DNA of 64,000 nucleotides from a virus (lineage: Duplodnaviria; Heunggongvirae; Uroviricota; Caudoviricetes). Shown piece after piece: positions 46,986-57,130 of this stretch. Positions within the stretch are counted from its first letter, which is position 1. Each line of letters opens with the position of its first letter. Location: IMG/VR virus record IMGVR_UViG_3300021400_002728, positions 197,154 to 261,153 of that record. One strand, 5' to 3'. The position numbers and the translations under genes were made by a program. The notes under the pieces were generated by a model that was not told the origin of the DNA, made no database searches, and was given only the letters and a program-made list of their open reading frames with translations.

Positions 46986-47473
46986 ATGTTACCTCCTTTG
47001 AATTTACCATCTAAAAAATCCTGTTCAATTTGATCTAACTTTTTAAGTAAGTCTTCGTCTACTGTAGGTGTGTAGTTAACTAGCTGCACTATTATGGCCA
47101 GAATATCGTCTTCGACTTCCTCAGCAGTCCATACATGACCTGAACATTGATATTTTTCATTTGTAATAAGCGAATCTAATTCATGTTGACCGAAATAACG
47201 TCTATAACTGTTTGTATCAACTGCGTCCATAGGATAGTAACCACAATCAAATCCAATGATCCATTCATCATCAGCACGTTTTCCTGCAAGTTCATGACTA
47301 GCAAAATTTATTCCACCATGACAATTGATAAACTCAAATGACTCTACAGGTGCTTCAAATAAAGGATGATCTTTAGGTATAGCAATATAACCACATCTAT
47401 GACCGGCTTCAGTAAAGAAAATAAACCAATCAAAGCCTTTATGTGTACTATGTCTCTCTAACATAACAATCAC
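46982..47473 (-). CDS. phage hypothetical protein, paralogue of 15458-15907
   Basis: GHRCGYIAIPKDHP..CHGGINF..WIIGFDC. Confidence 0.75.
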   Translation of the reverse strand: MIVMLERHSTHKGFDWFIFFTEAGHRCGYIAIPKDHPLFEAPVESFEFINCHGGINFASHELAGKRADDEWIIGFDCGYYPMDAVDTNSYRRYFGQHELDSLITNEKYQCSGHVWTAEEVEDDILAIIVQLVNYTPTVDEDLLKKLDQIEQDFLDGKFKGGNI

Positions 47474-47476
47474 TCC

Positions 47477-47950
47477 TTATAAATCTAATGAATGTACATA
47501 TACACTATAATATGGAGTATTCTCAAGTTTAGTATCTACAAGTTTACATACTTTACCATCTACTCTAATAGTACCATTACAGTTACCATAAGCCACTAAA
47601 GTCTCATTAGAGAATGGACAATAATCTTCAAACTTAGTAGGTTTAGTAATAATAGGTCTTCCATTATTATGTCTACAAAGTTCATCAATTCTATTACCTA
47701 AAAGAATACATACATCATCGCAAAGAGCCTTAAAGTCTCTTCGATTACAATCAAACTCTGCAGCATTCTCAGACAGCCATCCAAAATCATATTGTTTTTC
47801 TGTTAAAAACTTTATACTGGCTATACAAGTATCAAACTCTTCTTTTTCATCAACATATGACTTAGACGTAGCATTTAAGTAATGTTGAAATAATTCAAAC
47901 GAAGTATCATCATAACTACTAAGTTTTGTAAGTAGAACTGCTTTATCCAT
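47477..47950 (-). CDS. hypothetical protein
   Basis: ORF with AGGAGG RBS. Confidence 0.75.
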   Translation of the reverse strand: MDKAVLLTKLSSYDDTSFELFQHYLNATSKSYVDEKEEFDTCIASIKFLTEKQYDFGWLSENAAEFDCNRRDFKALCDDVCILLGNRIDELCRHNNGRPIITKPTKFEDYCPFSNETLVAYGNCNGTIRVDGKVCKLVDTKLENTPYYSVYVHSLDL

Positions 47951-47970
47951 ATAATCCTCCTTATATAAAC

Positions 47971-48030
47971 AATATGTCTAGCCTATTTCTAGACTAGACA
48001 TTTTTCTCTTCCACTATTATAATTAAATAG
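47971..48030 (-). promoter_or_regulatory. repeated promoter-like + hairpin element, copy 11 (covaried stem)
   Basis: stem ATGTCTAGTCTA/TAGGCTAGACAT. Confidence 0.75.
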
Positions 48031-48363
48031 TCATTGGTTGTATTTTCCTAAAGGTCGACTAACTACATTATCAATCTCAGGTAATCTAGTTATATTAGGT
48101 AAATATTTCTCACTAGTGACATAAAATTTAAGATCAGGAAATGCTCGTTCACATTTCTCGCAATAATCAGCATATTCATCATATGTATCTAACTCAATTC
48201 CTTTTTCAAGTAATGGACTCACATTAAGTTCACCATTCTCTAACCACCTAACAATTTCACAATCATTAGTATTAGGATCTGTACAGATAATATACATCTT
48301 ATGATCTAATCGTCTCTGTTCAAATGGTTTATCTGATTCACTATTATGTCTCCAGCTAAACAT
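48031..48363 (-). CDS. hypothetical protein
   Basis: ORF with GAGG RBS. Confidence 0.7.
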   Translation of the reverse strand: MFSWRHNSESDKPFEQRRLDHKMYIICTDPNTNDCEIVRWLENGELNVSPLLEKGIELDTYDEYADYCEKCERAFPDLKFYVTSEKYLPNITRLPEIDNVVSRPLGKYNQ

Positions 48364-48364
48364 A

Positions 48365-49132
48365 TTATTCTACCTCGTATCTACCATAACCTGCAACATG
48401 TGCATATTTATAATCATCACTAATTACAATTCCATATGCCTTACCTTTAGCGTGTACAATTTTACCATCTCCAAGATAAATTGCTACATGCCCAATATCA
48501 TTTACATTAGGACCATAAAAGATTAAATCACCTTTTTGTAATTCATCTTCTGAAATATGTGTAGCAGCGAAATATTGGCAATCAGCTGTTCTAGGAATTT
48601 CAATTCCATATTCTCCATAAAGTGTTTGAATAAACCCTGAACAATCTGCACCTTTAGTAAGAGATGTACCACCCCATACATAAGGATTTCCAACAAATTC
48701 ACAAGCATAATCAGCAATTTGTTCTTGGACTGTAAGTTTGTTAGGTATCAAATCAACAGAAGGTTGTAAATAGATATTAGAGGATCCATTATGCATTTCT
48801 TTGGTATAGCCAAATTCTTTAGATTCTAATGCTATTACTTCACCTTCTTCTACATGTTGGTTATTGATTACCTTAACTTCATCCAGTTTTGAGTATGTTG
48901 AAACAATTGGTGCATTGTCATAAGTAATTGTAACTACTCCTTGATTACTTACAGACACCGTACCATTTGCATCAGCTAATACCTCAGTACCTTCTTCGCT
49001 ACATTCAATCGTTATTAAGTTGTCCGTCTCTGCCGCATAGACAGTCATTGGCATCATCATAGTAGTAGTAGCGAGTCCAATGGTGGCCAATGTCGTAACT
49101 ATCTTCTTCAATAGTTCATAATTTCCTTTCAA
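48365..49132 (-). CDS. secreted NlpC/P60 (C40) cell-wall peptidase
   Basis: signal peptide ending VYA; PYVWGG, DCSGF, GDLIF, GHVAIY, H. Confidence 0.9.
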   Translation of the reverse strand: MKGNYELLKKIVTTLATIGLATTTMMMPMTVYAAETDNLITIECSEEGTEVLADANGTVSVSNQGVVTITYDNAPIVSTYSKLDEVKVINNQHVEEGEVIALESKEFGYTKEMHNGSSNIYLQPSVDLIPNKLTVQEQIADYACEFVGNPYVWGGTSLTKGADCSGFIQTLYGEYGIEIPRTADCQYFAATHISEDELQKGDLIFYGPNVNDIGHVAIYLGDGKIVHAKGKAYGIVISDDYKYAHVAGYGRYEVE

Positions 49133-49152
49133 ATTTATTTCTTAACTTACAA

Positions 49153-49186
49153 TAAAACAGTCCCCAGAAATAACTCTAGGGACTGT
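49153..49186 (-). terminator. intrinsic terminator
   Basis: ACAGTCCC..GGGACTGT followed by TTT. Confidence 0.65.
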
Positions 49187-49201
49187 ATGTAAGATTAAGT
49201 T

Positions 49202-49954
49202 TTATCGAAAATTCTTAAGGTACTCAGTAGCATTTGAAGAAGTAATGTAGTTGATAAGTCCTTTATAGAATCCTTCGAGTTCAGATTCATCAACTTCAAT
49301 TTCACTACACTTTTTATTATCAATCTTATAGATCATTTTTTCTACTTTGCCAACTTCAGGTGCCTTAGGAATACCGAGCTCAGAATATATCTTAGCTTTA
49401 ACTCCTTTATGAACAGCAGCAAATTTTTCTCTAGAATATAATGGCTCTTCCATAGGAAGCTGGTTGTAGTAAATACCAGTAGACTTATACTTAGCATATA
49501 ACTGTCTAGCAGCATTATAAACCTGAATAGTACTAATAAGATTAGGTGTAATGAATGGTGTATAACTAGCAAAGAATCTAGCTTCACCAGGTCCGCCTAA
49601 TCTAACTCTTTTACCTTTGCTCATAAATTCATCAGGATGTTCTTCTTTGTACTCTTTCCATCTCTTACTAAATTCTAACAACTCGTCTGCATACTTAGCA
49701 TCAAGCTTTTTGTAAGTCTCATTCTCTGTCCAAATATCTTTAACTTCCTGAACAGATTCAGAGTGATACATCTTATCTTCGTCAAGCAAGAAGATTCTCT
49801 GTTTGAAATAATCTTCTGCATCTCTTGCGATATTACGAATCATAAGAGGTGTAAGTGAGTAGGTACCGTCTCCATTATCCTTAAAATAGTTAGGACTAAT
49901 GAATTTTCCGGTGAGTGTCATAGGCTGATAAAGTTGTTCAATAATTTTGCCCAT
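49202..49954 (-). CDS. hypothetical protein, shorter paralogue of 22013-23149
   Basis: YF..N.DGTY..TPL.I.N.ARD, EVKD.W.E, WKEYK..HPDEF, RFF shared. Confidence 0.8.
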   Translation of the reverse strand: MGKIIEQLYQPMTLTGKFISPNYFKDNGDGTYSLTPLMIRNIARDAEDYFKQRIFLLDEDKMYHSESVQEVKDIWTENETYKKLDAKYADELLEFSKRWKEYKEEHPDEFMSKGKRVRLGGPGEARFFASYTPFITPNLISTIQVYNAARQLYAKYKSTGIYYNQLPMEEPLYSREKFAAVHKGVKAKIYSELGIPKAPEVGKVEKMIYKIDNKKCSEIEVDESELEGFYKGLINYITSSNATEYLKNFR

Positions 49955-50016
49955 AGTTTTGTTCTCCTTTGAGATAAATAATTTATTTATAAGGCAGTCA
50001 GAGCCTTATATGCAAT

Positions 50017-50352
50017 TTAAAGATCTAATATTTTTGGTACAGTCATATTACAAAATTCAAAAGTCATATAACTAATTTCCCAATTTCTTTCATCACTAGG
50101 AAGAGAATCATTTTTACTTAAATCTGAATACTTATTTCCAGATACACCATATAAATAATATTTTTGATCTGGGTCTAAACTTGGTGTGAATGTAAAAGCT
50201 TCTCTATTAATAACACCTATTACAAGGTCTTTAGAATCTACAATTAAAAGTGTTTCACATCCATATTTATCTGCAAACCAAGCTAAAGCTTTTGCTAGTT
50301 CAGGTGCTTCTCTAAACTCAAAGATTCTATTTCCTTGAATTATACCAATCAT
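50017..50352 (-). CDS. hypothetical protein
   Basis: ORF with AGGAGG RBS. Confidence 0.75.
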   Translation of the reverse strand: MIGIIQGNRIFEFREAPELAKALAWFADKYGCETLLIVDSKDLVIGVINREAFTFTPSLDPDQKYYLYGVSGNKYSDLSKNDSLPSDERNWEISYMTFEFCNMTVPKILDL

Positions 50353-50375
50353 CTGATTTACCTCCTTAACTAAAC

Positions 50376-50441
50376 AAAATGATTAGCCTACAAGCTGTAC
50401 ACTAATCATTTTGCTCATCCTCTCTTATATAAATAAATAGC
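50376..50441 (-). promoter_or_regulatory. repeated promoter-like + hairpin element, copy 12 (covaried stem)
   Basis: stem AAAATGATTAG/CTAATCATTTT. Confidence 0.7.
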
Positions 50442-50444
50442 TCT

Positions 50445-50957
50445 TTATTTATTCTCTACTTCATATTCTGTCTGAAGAATTGAAATAGATATTTCACTAC
50501 CTTTTAAGATTTCATCACTAGTACGCATAAACTTCTGTTCTGCTCTAGCTTTAATTACATCTACTCCGACTGGATCCTGTTTATTTACATTAATAGGATT
50601 AACTTCTAGTACATCTACACCATTTACTGCAAATGACCTATTATTTAGCTGCTCTACAGATGCATTTCCAGTCTGCATAGCCTTAATAAACGAGTCAGTA
50701 CTAAATGACAATATTCCATGAATTACTGCTATAATTTCGTAAGTACCAAGATAAGTTTCCTCAATATGAGCAATTTTACCTTTTGATACATAATGAATAT
50801 CTAGATCAATAGATGTAATTGCACCATTCATGTCAAGCTTAGTAGGTATTACATTTATTCCATATGTACCATTAGTATCTGCGCCTTTAATATCAGAAAA
50901 TTCGATACTAGCAGTAGTCTTTTCTTTCACATTAGCTTTCTTTTCATTCTTAGCCAT
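50445..50957 (-). CDS. hypothetical protein
   Basis: ORF with AGGAG RBS. Confidence 0.75.
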   Translation of the reverse strand: MAKNEKKANVKEKTTASIEFSDIKGADTNGTYGINVIPTKLDMNGAITSIDLDIHYVSKGKIAHIEETYLGTYEIIAVIHGILSFSTDSFIKAMQTGNASVEQLNNRSFAVNGVDVLEVNPINVNKQDPVGVDVIKARAEQKFMRTSDEILKGSEISISILQTEYEVENK

Positions 50958-50961
50958 AACT

Positions 50962-51480
50962 TTACTCCTTCATAATCTGATCAATTAACTTATCTACATC
51001 TGGTTCTTCAAACTGAATTACCATTTCTTTTACTTCTGGAACATCTAAAAACTTATCAGTACTAAAATCATATATAGCAATATATAATTTACTGTTATGT
51101 ACATCAGAAGTATTTGTACTTTCTTCAAAATACTTAACTTTACTCTGTAAAGCATTAACAGCACTAATATATTTATCTACACACTGTTTGATAAAGTTTC
51201 TAAATTGACTATCAGATTCAAATAACTTAGCTAAGTCACTAACAGGAATATTATTATAATCAGAATCATATGCTTCTGCATTTAATGTAAAAGTTCTAGA
51301 ATGCTCTGATAGCCTACCTATATATATAAATAGTTCATATCCAGAGTCACCTACAGTAAATTGATGATCTACTGAGTCATTTCGAATATTTTTGATAATA
51401 GTATCAATGTCCATAAATACATAACCACTAACTGAATTTAAGTTAGATCGTATAGGTATTCGTTTTCTATATTCATGCAT
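50962..51480 (-). CDS. hypothetical protein
   Basis: ORF with AGGAG RBS. Confidence 0.75.
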   Translation of the reverse strand: MHEYRKRIPIRSNLNSVSGYVFMDIDTIIKNIRNDSVDHQFTVGDSGYELFIYIGRLSEHSRTFTLNAEAYDSDYNNIPVSDLAKLFESDSQFRNFIKQCVDKYISAVNALQSKVKYFEESTNTSDVHNSKLYIAIYDFSTDKFLDVPEVKEMVIQFEEPDVDKLIDQIMKE

Positions 51481-51492
51481 AATAATATCTCC

Positions 51493-51657
51493 TTAATCCA
51501 TTTTAGGCCATGCATCAATAACACATTCGTCTCTTAATTTCTTACAAATGTCTTCAGTTGTTTGTAAACAATTGGTAGATTCATCTTGAACATTTTTAAT
51601 TATGTTTATTGCATGACGTATTTGTTCTTGAATATACTTATCATTAGGATCATACAT
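51493..51657 (-). CDS. small hypothetical protein (54 aa, absent from ORF track)
   Basis: MYDPNDKYIQEQIRH..WPKMD* behind AAGGTGGTG; fills the gap exactly. Confidence 0.6.
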   Translation of the reverse strand: MYDPNDKYIQEQIRHAINIIKNVQDESTNCLQTTEDICKKLRDECVIDAWPKMD

Positions 51658-51669
51658 AGTATCACCACC

Positions 51670-51894
51670 TTAAATTCTATCAGCGTCTTTAGCTGATTTA
51701 TAAGCTGCAGATACTGACCTTTCAGACACTCTAAAATAAAAAGTTCCATCAGGCATATCACATTCTGCAATAAGGCATGTTTTATCTTGACTAGCACCTA
51801 AAAAATGTGGTCTAAATTCAGGATATACTTTTAAAAATGATTTCTTACATTCTTCTACTATACTTTCATCTACATATTGTTCTAAGTCCCACAT
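51670..51894 (-). CDS. hypothetical protein
   Basis: ORF with AGGAGG RBS. Confidence 0.7.
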   Translation of the reverse strand: MWDLEQYVDESIVEECKKSFLKVYPEFRPHFLGASQDKTCLIAECDMPDGTFYFRVSERSVSAAYKSAKDADRI

Positions 51895-51906
51895 AGTAAT
51901 ACCTCC

Positions 51907-52491
51907 TTAATCTAATGATCCATAACAGCCATCTTTAATAGATCCATCACTATATAAAGTTCTATCATATGCACCAGTTCCACTTCCATATGCTGCATTA
52001 TATTCATATGAATCTACAGCTACTACTTCACCTGCTCTGAACTTAGCAATAGTTTTATCTCTATGTTCTTTAGCTTGATCTGTCCAGAAGTTATTAGGTC
52101 CCCACTGTTCTTCAGTAAGCTGTACATGTCTATCTAAAAACATTCTAACTTCTGATTCAGTTAACTGACGACCTTCATATATTTCATATTTGTATTTAGC
52201 CTGTTCAGCTTCAAATTCATCTCTAGCAATCTGTTGTAATTCTTTTAATCTATTAAACTCTTTTAAAGTTAATGAACAGTAAGGTTCACTTAAAGCATAA
52301 TCGCTTAAATAATAATTGATGAACTTATGTTTATGACCAGCATCTGACCAACCATAAGTCTTTTTCTCAGCAAATTTAAGAAGTTCAGAATCAGATGTAA
52401 TTTCTTCGAATCCTCTTGCTTTGAAAATATATTCATCTCTTGAATATACAGCCTTGCCATTTACATAGCCATATACATTTGTTTCATCCAT
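51907..52491 (-). CDS. hypothetical protein
   Basis: ORF with AGGAGG RBS. Confidence 0.75.
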   Translation of the reverse strand: MDETNVYGYVNGKAVYSRDEYIFKARGFEEITSDSELLKFAEKKTYGWSDAGHKHKFINYYLSDYALSEPYCSLTLKEFNRLKELQQIARDEFEAEQAKYKYEIYEGRQLTESEVRMFLDRHVQLTEEQWGPNNFWTDQAKEHRDKTIAKFRAGEVVAVDSYEYNAAYGSGTGAYDRTLYSDGSIKDGCYGSLD

Positions 52492-52501
52492 AGTGACCTC
52501 C

Positions 52502-53050
52502 TTAATATAACTGTTCTAAGTTATAATGTAATCTGCATAATGGTACATAACTTTCATTTCCACCTAATTGTAATTGCTCACCAGTCTTAACTATATGACC
52601 GTCAACAACTCTAGCATTAAATCTTGCCTTCTTACCACACCAACAAATAGTAGTAATTTCTTGAAGTTCATCTGCAACTTCAATAAATCGTTTCGAACCT
52701 TCAAATAAGTGCCCAGTAAAATCTGTCTTAAGACCAAAAGCAATAATAGGAATATCCATATTATCAGCAATTCTTACAAATTCATCTACTTGTTCAGTTG
52801 TTAAGAACTGAGCTTCATCAATAAGAATACAATCACAAGGTTTTATGTTATCTAAGTAGTCTTCAACATACTGACATTTGGCCTCTAAACCTATACGTGA
52901 TTTGATCTTTTTATCTCCATCTCTATTCTCAAGCCTAGGTTTAAGTAAAATTGCTTTCTTGCCTTTTTCTTCAAAGTTATACTTAATCATAAGTATATTT
53001 GCTGTTTTTGAGCTACCCATTGCTCCATATCTAAAACTAATCTTTGCCAT
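52502..53050 (-). CDS. tdk: thymidine kinase
   Basis: YGAMGSSKT, SRIG, LIDEAQFL, FGLKTDF, LFEGS, CWCG, IGG-like LGGNESY..LCR.H. Confidence 0.95.
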   Translation of the reverse strand: MAKISFRYGAMGSSKTANILMIKYNFEEKGKKAILLKPRLENRDGDKKIKSRIGLEAKCQYVEDYLDNIKPCDCILIDEAQFLTTEQVDEFVRIADNMDIPIIAFGLKTDFTGHLFEGSKRFIEVADELQEITTICWCGKKARFNARVVDGHIVKTGEQLQLGGNESYVPLCRLHYNLEQLY

Positions 53051-53076
53051 ACTTTCTAATTTCCCTTCTAAACTAT

Positions 53077-53751
53077 TTATAAGCATTGCTCTAAATCTTC
53101 TGCGATTTGTCTAAATGTAGGATAACGATATAAAGCTGATACTGTAGACATAAGAGCTTTGTCAAAATCATCTTTAGTTTCAATATCACTTTTATATCTA
53201 AATTCTTCTCTACCAAAAGTTAAATCCACTAAAAATACAAATATCTTTTTAGAATCTACATATTCTCTATGTAACGTAAATATGTCTAAGTGTGAGTCAG
53301 TATCAAATATTGTTAACTTATTTATAGAATCTATATCATCTAAATTTCCATCAGCTAGTAATTTTACAGTATGACTATTAGTATCTATCTTATAAATGAA
53401 ATCTTTCACAATTTCATCGGCCTCAGTGTCAATAAATCCTGTAGAATCTACAAACTCTTCAGGAAGTTCTTCTGGTAAATATTCTTTAGCATCATATACA
53501 CTACAATAGTAATCTCTATCTGGACAATGAAATCTATAAAATTGCCCTGTTTGTTTATCTTTTCTTCCACCATCATGAGGAATATATGCATGTGGAGTAT
53601 ATACACCTCTACGTTTAACGATCAGTTCTTTAGCTTTTTTATCATAATAGAATGCTTCTGCTCCGCCATTAAAACGATTCACATACATAAGTGGACCAAT
53701 ATCATCCGTAGAATAAACAGTCCAATTGTCTCTATGTATCATTGATGACAT
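53077..53751 (-). CDS. hypothetical protein sharing termini with 20111-21184
   Basis: NWTxYxTD N-terminus and VKDFIYKI...A.DLE.CL C-terminal domain. Confidence 0.75.
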   Translation of the reverse strand: MSSMIHRDNWTVYSTDDIGPLMYVNRFNGGAEAFYYDKKAKELIVKRRGVYTPHAYIPHDGGRKDKQTGQFYRFHCPDRDYYCSVYDAKEYLPEELPEEFVDSTGFIDTEADEIVKDFIYKIDTNSHTVKLLADGNLDDIDSINKLTIFDTDSHLDIFTLHREYVDSKKIFVFLVDLTFGREEFRYKSDIETKDDFDKALMSTVSALYRYPTFRQIAEDLEQCL

Positions 53752-53791
53752 CTTAGATTCCTCCCTTTAGTATTATATAAAGTTAATTATA

Positions 53792-53819
53792 AAGGTCCCC
53801 AGATTGTCTCCAGGGACCT
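53792..53819 (-). terminator. intrinsic terminator
   Basis: AGGTCCC..GGGACCT then TT. Confidence 0.55.
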
Positions 53820-53829
53820 CAGAATGATA

Positions 53830-55035
53830 TTATAATGTCTTATCAAGTAATTCTTGAACTTCATCGAAAGTAATAAAACCACTACAATCTCTATGAGATA
53901 CTTGAGCAACTTTGCTCTTACCTTTAAATAAATACAATCTACCACTTCTAATAGCCTTTTCACCATAATGTTCTTCAAACTTGTTTAAAGGCATCGGATC
54001 ATAAACTCGGCTAATATTACTAAGTTTAACCTTGTCTACACACATATCATCTTTAAGTTTCTTTTCTTTTGCTTCATCGTCAAGATCATCCATATTGACG
54101 TTCTCTTCATCATTAACATGACGAAGCTTAGCATTATATGTGTAAAGTAAACTCATAGAATTAAATCCTTCATACTTAATCAAATGCATAAGATCATAAT
54201 TACCCATAATTCTGTAAATATGATTTACTTCATCATGATAAACTACACCATTCTTAAGCATAATTTCTGTATAGTTAGGAATTTTTGAAATAGGAACTTG
54301 TCTATGAAGATCTACCGCGCCATTTCCACCTGCATTGTTGTTAGTATGGAATTTAGAATTAAATATACCATCTGGATCTTGCATAGCATCACATAAATAC
54401 TCATCTATAATAGCATCTCTAAGTTCTACTGGATCTGAATCTTTATTTGATACATAAAGCTTTCGCTCATACACAATAAACTTTTTAACAACATGCAGTG
54501 TAAAGGTATTTTCGTTATTTCTACGATCTTCTAAAGGTGTATTATCCACAAACTCTTTAAGTTCCTTAAGACATCTATGATTATCTCTAACATTAATAAT
54601 CGCATTAAATGTAGGTAAGAAAATGTCATTTCCACCATATTTAACTAAACCTGCATCTAATATCTTAATATGTTTAGCATGAAGATAATCATAAACTTCC
54701 TTATTATATCTGTATAAATGTCTTTCTACTGCAGTATCAAATCCATCATAACAATCGTCTTGGATCTCAATGTTTTCACAGTACTTATCAAGTTCTTCTC
54801 CAGTGAATTCATTAAGTTCCTTATAAAGACGTCTATCACCAACAATCTTAGCACAGATCATATATTGAACAGCAGTTTCAATATGTTTGATGTTCTGTAC
54901 ATTTGTCCTTTTATGTTCTGTAAAACGTCTAGCAATCAACTGTATATTTGATACTTTAGCATAATCAGCATTAAATGACTGATCTGGATGATCTAGTCTG
55001 AGCTCTCTGGCTCTTGCTATAATATCACTTGGCAT
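53830..55035 (-). CDS. hypothetical protein, paralogue of 57131-57997
   Basis: shared TNV..IK....VQY.I.AK..G and G..YLFKG.S.VA. Confidence 0.8.
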   Translation of the reverse strand: MPSDIIARARELRLDHPDQSFNADYAKVSNIQLIARRFTEHKRTNVQNIKHIETAVQYMICAKIVGDRRLYKELNEFTGEELDKYCENIEIQDDCYDGFDTAVERHLYRYNKEVYDYLHAKHIKILDAGLVKYGGNDIFLPTFNAIINVRDNHRCLKELKEFVDNTPLEDRRNNENTFTLHVVKKFIVYERKLYVSNKDSDPVELRDAIIDEYLCDAMQDPDGIFNSKFHTNNNAGGNGAVDLHRQVPISKIPNYTEIMLKNGVVYHDEVNHIYRIMGNYDLMHLIKYEGFNSMSLLYTYNAKLRHVNDEENVNMDDLDDEAKEKKLKDDMCVDKVKLSNISRVYDPMPLNKFEEHYGEKAIRSGRLYLFKGKSKVAQVSHRDCSGFITFDEVQELLDKTL

Positions 55036-55060
55036 GACTAATCCTCCTTCTCAATATTCA

Positions 55061-55297
55061 TTAATTCATTTGATTAAACCAACTATCTTTCTTATACCAA
55101 AGATCTTCCCAATAATTGGCTTCTTTTCTAGAAAGTTCTAATTCATTAGCAACCTCATCGAAGTCACTACTATATGTATCTAAACCTGTACCTAAATAGA
55201 ATGCTTTCACTGTAGCACCAAGTCCAGCTTTTTTACAATTGGAATAACCAAGATCTTCAATAAACTGTTTTAAGTCTTTCTCAAACTGTTTATCCAT
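55061..55297 (-). CDS. hypothetical protein
   Basis: ORF with AGGAGG RBS. Confidence 0.7.
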   Translation of the reverse strand: MDKQFEKDLKQFIEDLGYSNCKKAGLGATVKAFYLGTGLDTYSSDFDEVANELELSRKEANYWEDLWYKKDSWFNQMN

Positions 55298-55307
55298 GTG
55301 GTACCTC

Positions 55308-55775
55308 CTACTGCATTTTAACTGATAATAAAATTGTATTGTCTACAATAATATCATCAATATACTCAAAGATTTCTTCTGCTTGATCTTCAGTAAGCAT
55401 TGGGCCAGATACAACATCAGTACTAATCATTTCCTGATTAAATTGTATACAGTTTTCAACTTTAGCTTTAGTTAACTCTCCTGTCTTGAGAGCTGTATCA
55501 AAGTCTCTTTTATCAATGACAATAGTATGACTTGTAACATATTTCTGAAGCATCATGGTAACTTCACCATTATCATGCTCATACTCATTTGGAGTTTTAT
55601 CAGCATACTTACGTACAATGTTCATTCTAATCTTAGAATCAGTTATGTCTACGCTTGTAACATCATAATCAATGTTATTGTCATTAGAATACTTAGGATG
55701 TCCGTCGCAGTCATAATCTTCATAAACTTCAACTTCAACCTTTGATTTTATGTCATAATCAATAACCATACTCAA
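55308..55775 (-). CDS. hypothetical protein
   Basis: ORF with AGGAGG RBS. Confidence 0.75.
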   Translation of the reverse strand: MSMVIDYDIKSKVEVEVYEDYDCDGHPKYSNDNNIDYDVTSVDITDSKIRMNIVRKYADKTPNEYEHDNGEVTMMLQKYVTSHTIVIDKRDFDTALKTGELTKAKVENCIQFNQEMISTDVVSGPMLTEDQAEEIFEYIDDIIVDNTILLSVKMQ

Positions 55776-56221
55776 CCTCCTATTTCTGATTTAATATCCA
55801 TAAGCTGATCAAGTATTTTTCTTTGCTGTCTTTCATCAAACTCAATTTCATCAACTGCTTCTTCATAAAGTTTAGCTGTATAATAAAGTACTACTTTATC
55901 TTTGAAAGCTTTACCAGCAAATTTAGTATCTTTCATATATTCTTGCGCAGCCTTACCCCAAGCATGATGTCCAGGTTCAAATATATCAGTTCCAGATTCT
56001 TCATAGATAGTATCATATACATCTCTAGCATTTTCAAAGAAATTCCATGAAGATTCTTGATCGCCATCATAATATGAATTAACCCAACACCATTGACTAT
56101 CTGCACAATTTTTAACATTTTCTACAAGTTTTTTCTGATGCTGATCATATTTTTGATCATCAGCCATACCAAGGTAAGTTTTAAGTTTGGTACCAAGACC
56201 AAGCTCTTTTCTATAGTCCAT
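55772..56221 (-). CDS. hypothetical protein
   Basis: ORF with AGGAGG RBS. Confidence 0.75.
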   Translation of the reverse strand: MDYRKELGLGTKLKTYLGMADDQKYDQHQKKLVENVKNCADSQWCWVNSYYDGDQESSWNFFENARDVYDTIYEESGTDIFEPGHHAWGKAAQEYMKDTKFAGKAFKDKVVLYYTAKLYEEAVDEIEFDERQQRKILDQLMDIKSEIGG

Positions 56222-56286
56222 AACTATACCTCCTTAATAAAATCAAAGTAGATTTATCTATAGCTACCACATGAATATTTTTCTTA

Positions 56287-56487
56287 TTATCTTATTTCTG
56301 AATATGTTTTCATAATAGTGCTTTTGGCAATTTCAAGATCTCTAATAGTATTATTAAGTTTAACTTCCATAAACTCTAAACTATTATAACCATCAAATTT
56401 GTCCATTTCTTTCTTTATTTCTTTGATTTTATACTCTGCCTCATCACAATATGATTTAATACATTCAAGTTTAGTTTCTATCGCCAT
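56287..56487 (-). CDS. small coiled-coil protein, paralogue of 59110-59316
   Basis: ECIK.YC.EA.YKIKEI.KEMD.FDGYNSLEFME shared. Confidence 0.8.
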   Translation of the reverse strand: MAIETKLECIKSYCDEAEYKIKEIKKEMDKFDGYNSLEFMEVKLNNTIRDLEIAKSTIMKTYSEIR

Positions 56488-56545
56488 AATTGAACTCCTT
56501 ATAAATCTTCATCTACATCAAGTAATTTATCTACAATATATATTA

Positions 56546-57112
56546 TTATAATCTATACCATTTATATAATTTTTCTGGTAATTCATTATCAAATGAATCA
56601 TCAGACCAATAAATTTGTTCTGACCAATGATCTGCAATATAAAAATTATCTTCACAATAATCTTTAAGAAGTTCTACACCTACCATTTCTACTACATCTG
56701 TATCATTAACATTTGTATCAATACAAGCAAACTTATCAGACATAAAATCTTTTAATTTTCCAGTTGCATGATTATTACCAAATGCACCAGCATTCTTTTT
56801 AAAATCTGATGCTTTATAAATATCTATATGAATATTCTTTAATATCATACACATATACTCATTTTTATTAGGTTGTTTACGAATAATATTATATAATGTA
56901 GTCCAAATATCGTTAAAAGTATATTCAAACTCGTAAGGCGATTTGCCATCATATAAAGCATATGTTTGATCATTATACATAAAATATCTAATGTCATCAA
57001 ATTCGTTCAATTCATATTTAAGCATGTCGCCAGATTCTATTAAATTAGTATAGTATTCTTCTAAATCTTCTTTAGTTATAATAAGTTTATGCCATTTATG
57101 AATATTTCTCAT
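56546..57112 (-). CDS. hypothetical protein
   Basis: ORF with AAGGA RBS. Confidence 0.75.
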   Translation of the reverse strand: MRNIHKWHKLIITKEDLEEYYTNLIESGDMLKYELNEFDDIRYFMYNDQTYALYDGKSPYEFEYTFNDIWTTLYNIIRKQPNKNEYMCMILKNIHIDIYKASDFKKNAGAFGNNHATGKLKDFMSDKFACIDTNVNDTDVVEMVGVELLKDYCEDNFYIADHWSEQIYWSDDSFDNELPEKLYKWYRL

Positions 57113-57130
57113 AGTTAAATCCTTTCTTTT

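Noticed and set aside
48340-48363. MFSWRHN|S as a second intein C-tag
   Set aside because: Residues before HN are not the usual hydrophobic block G strand and the following sequence is not a recognisable conserved insertion site; likely chance.
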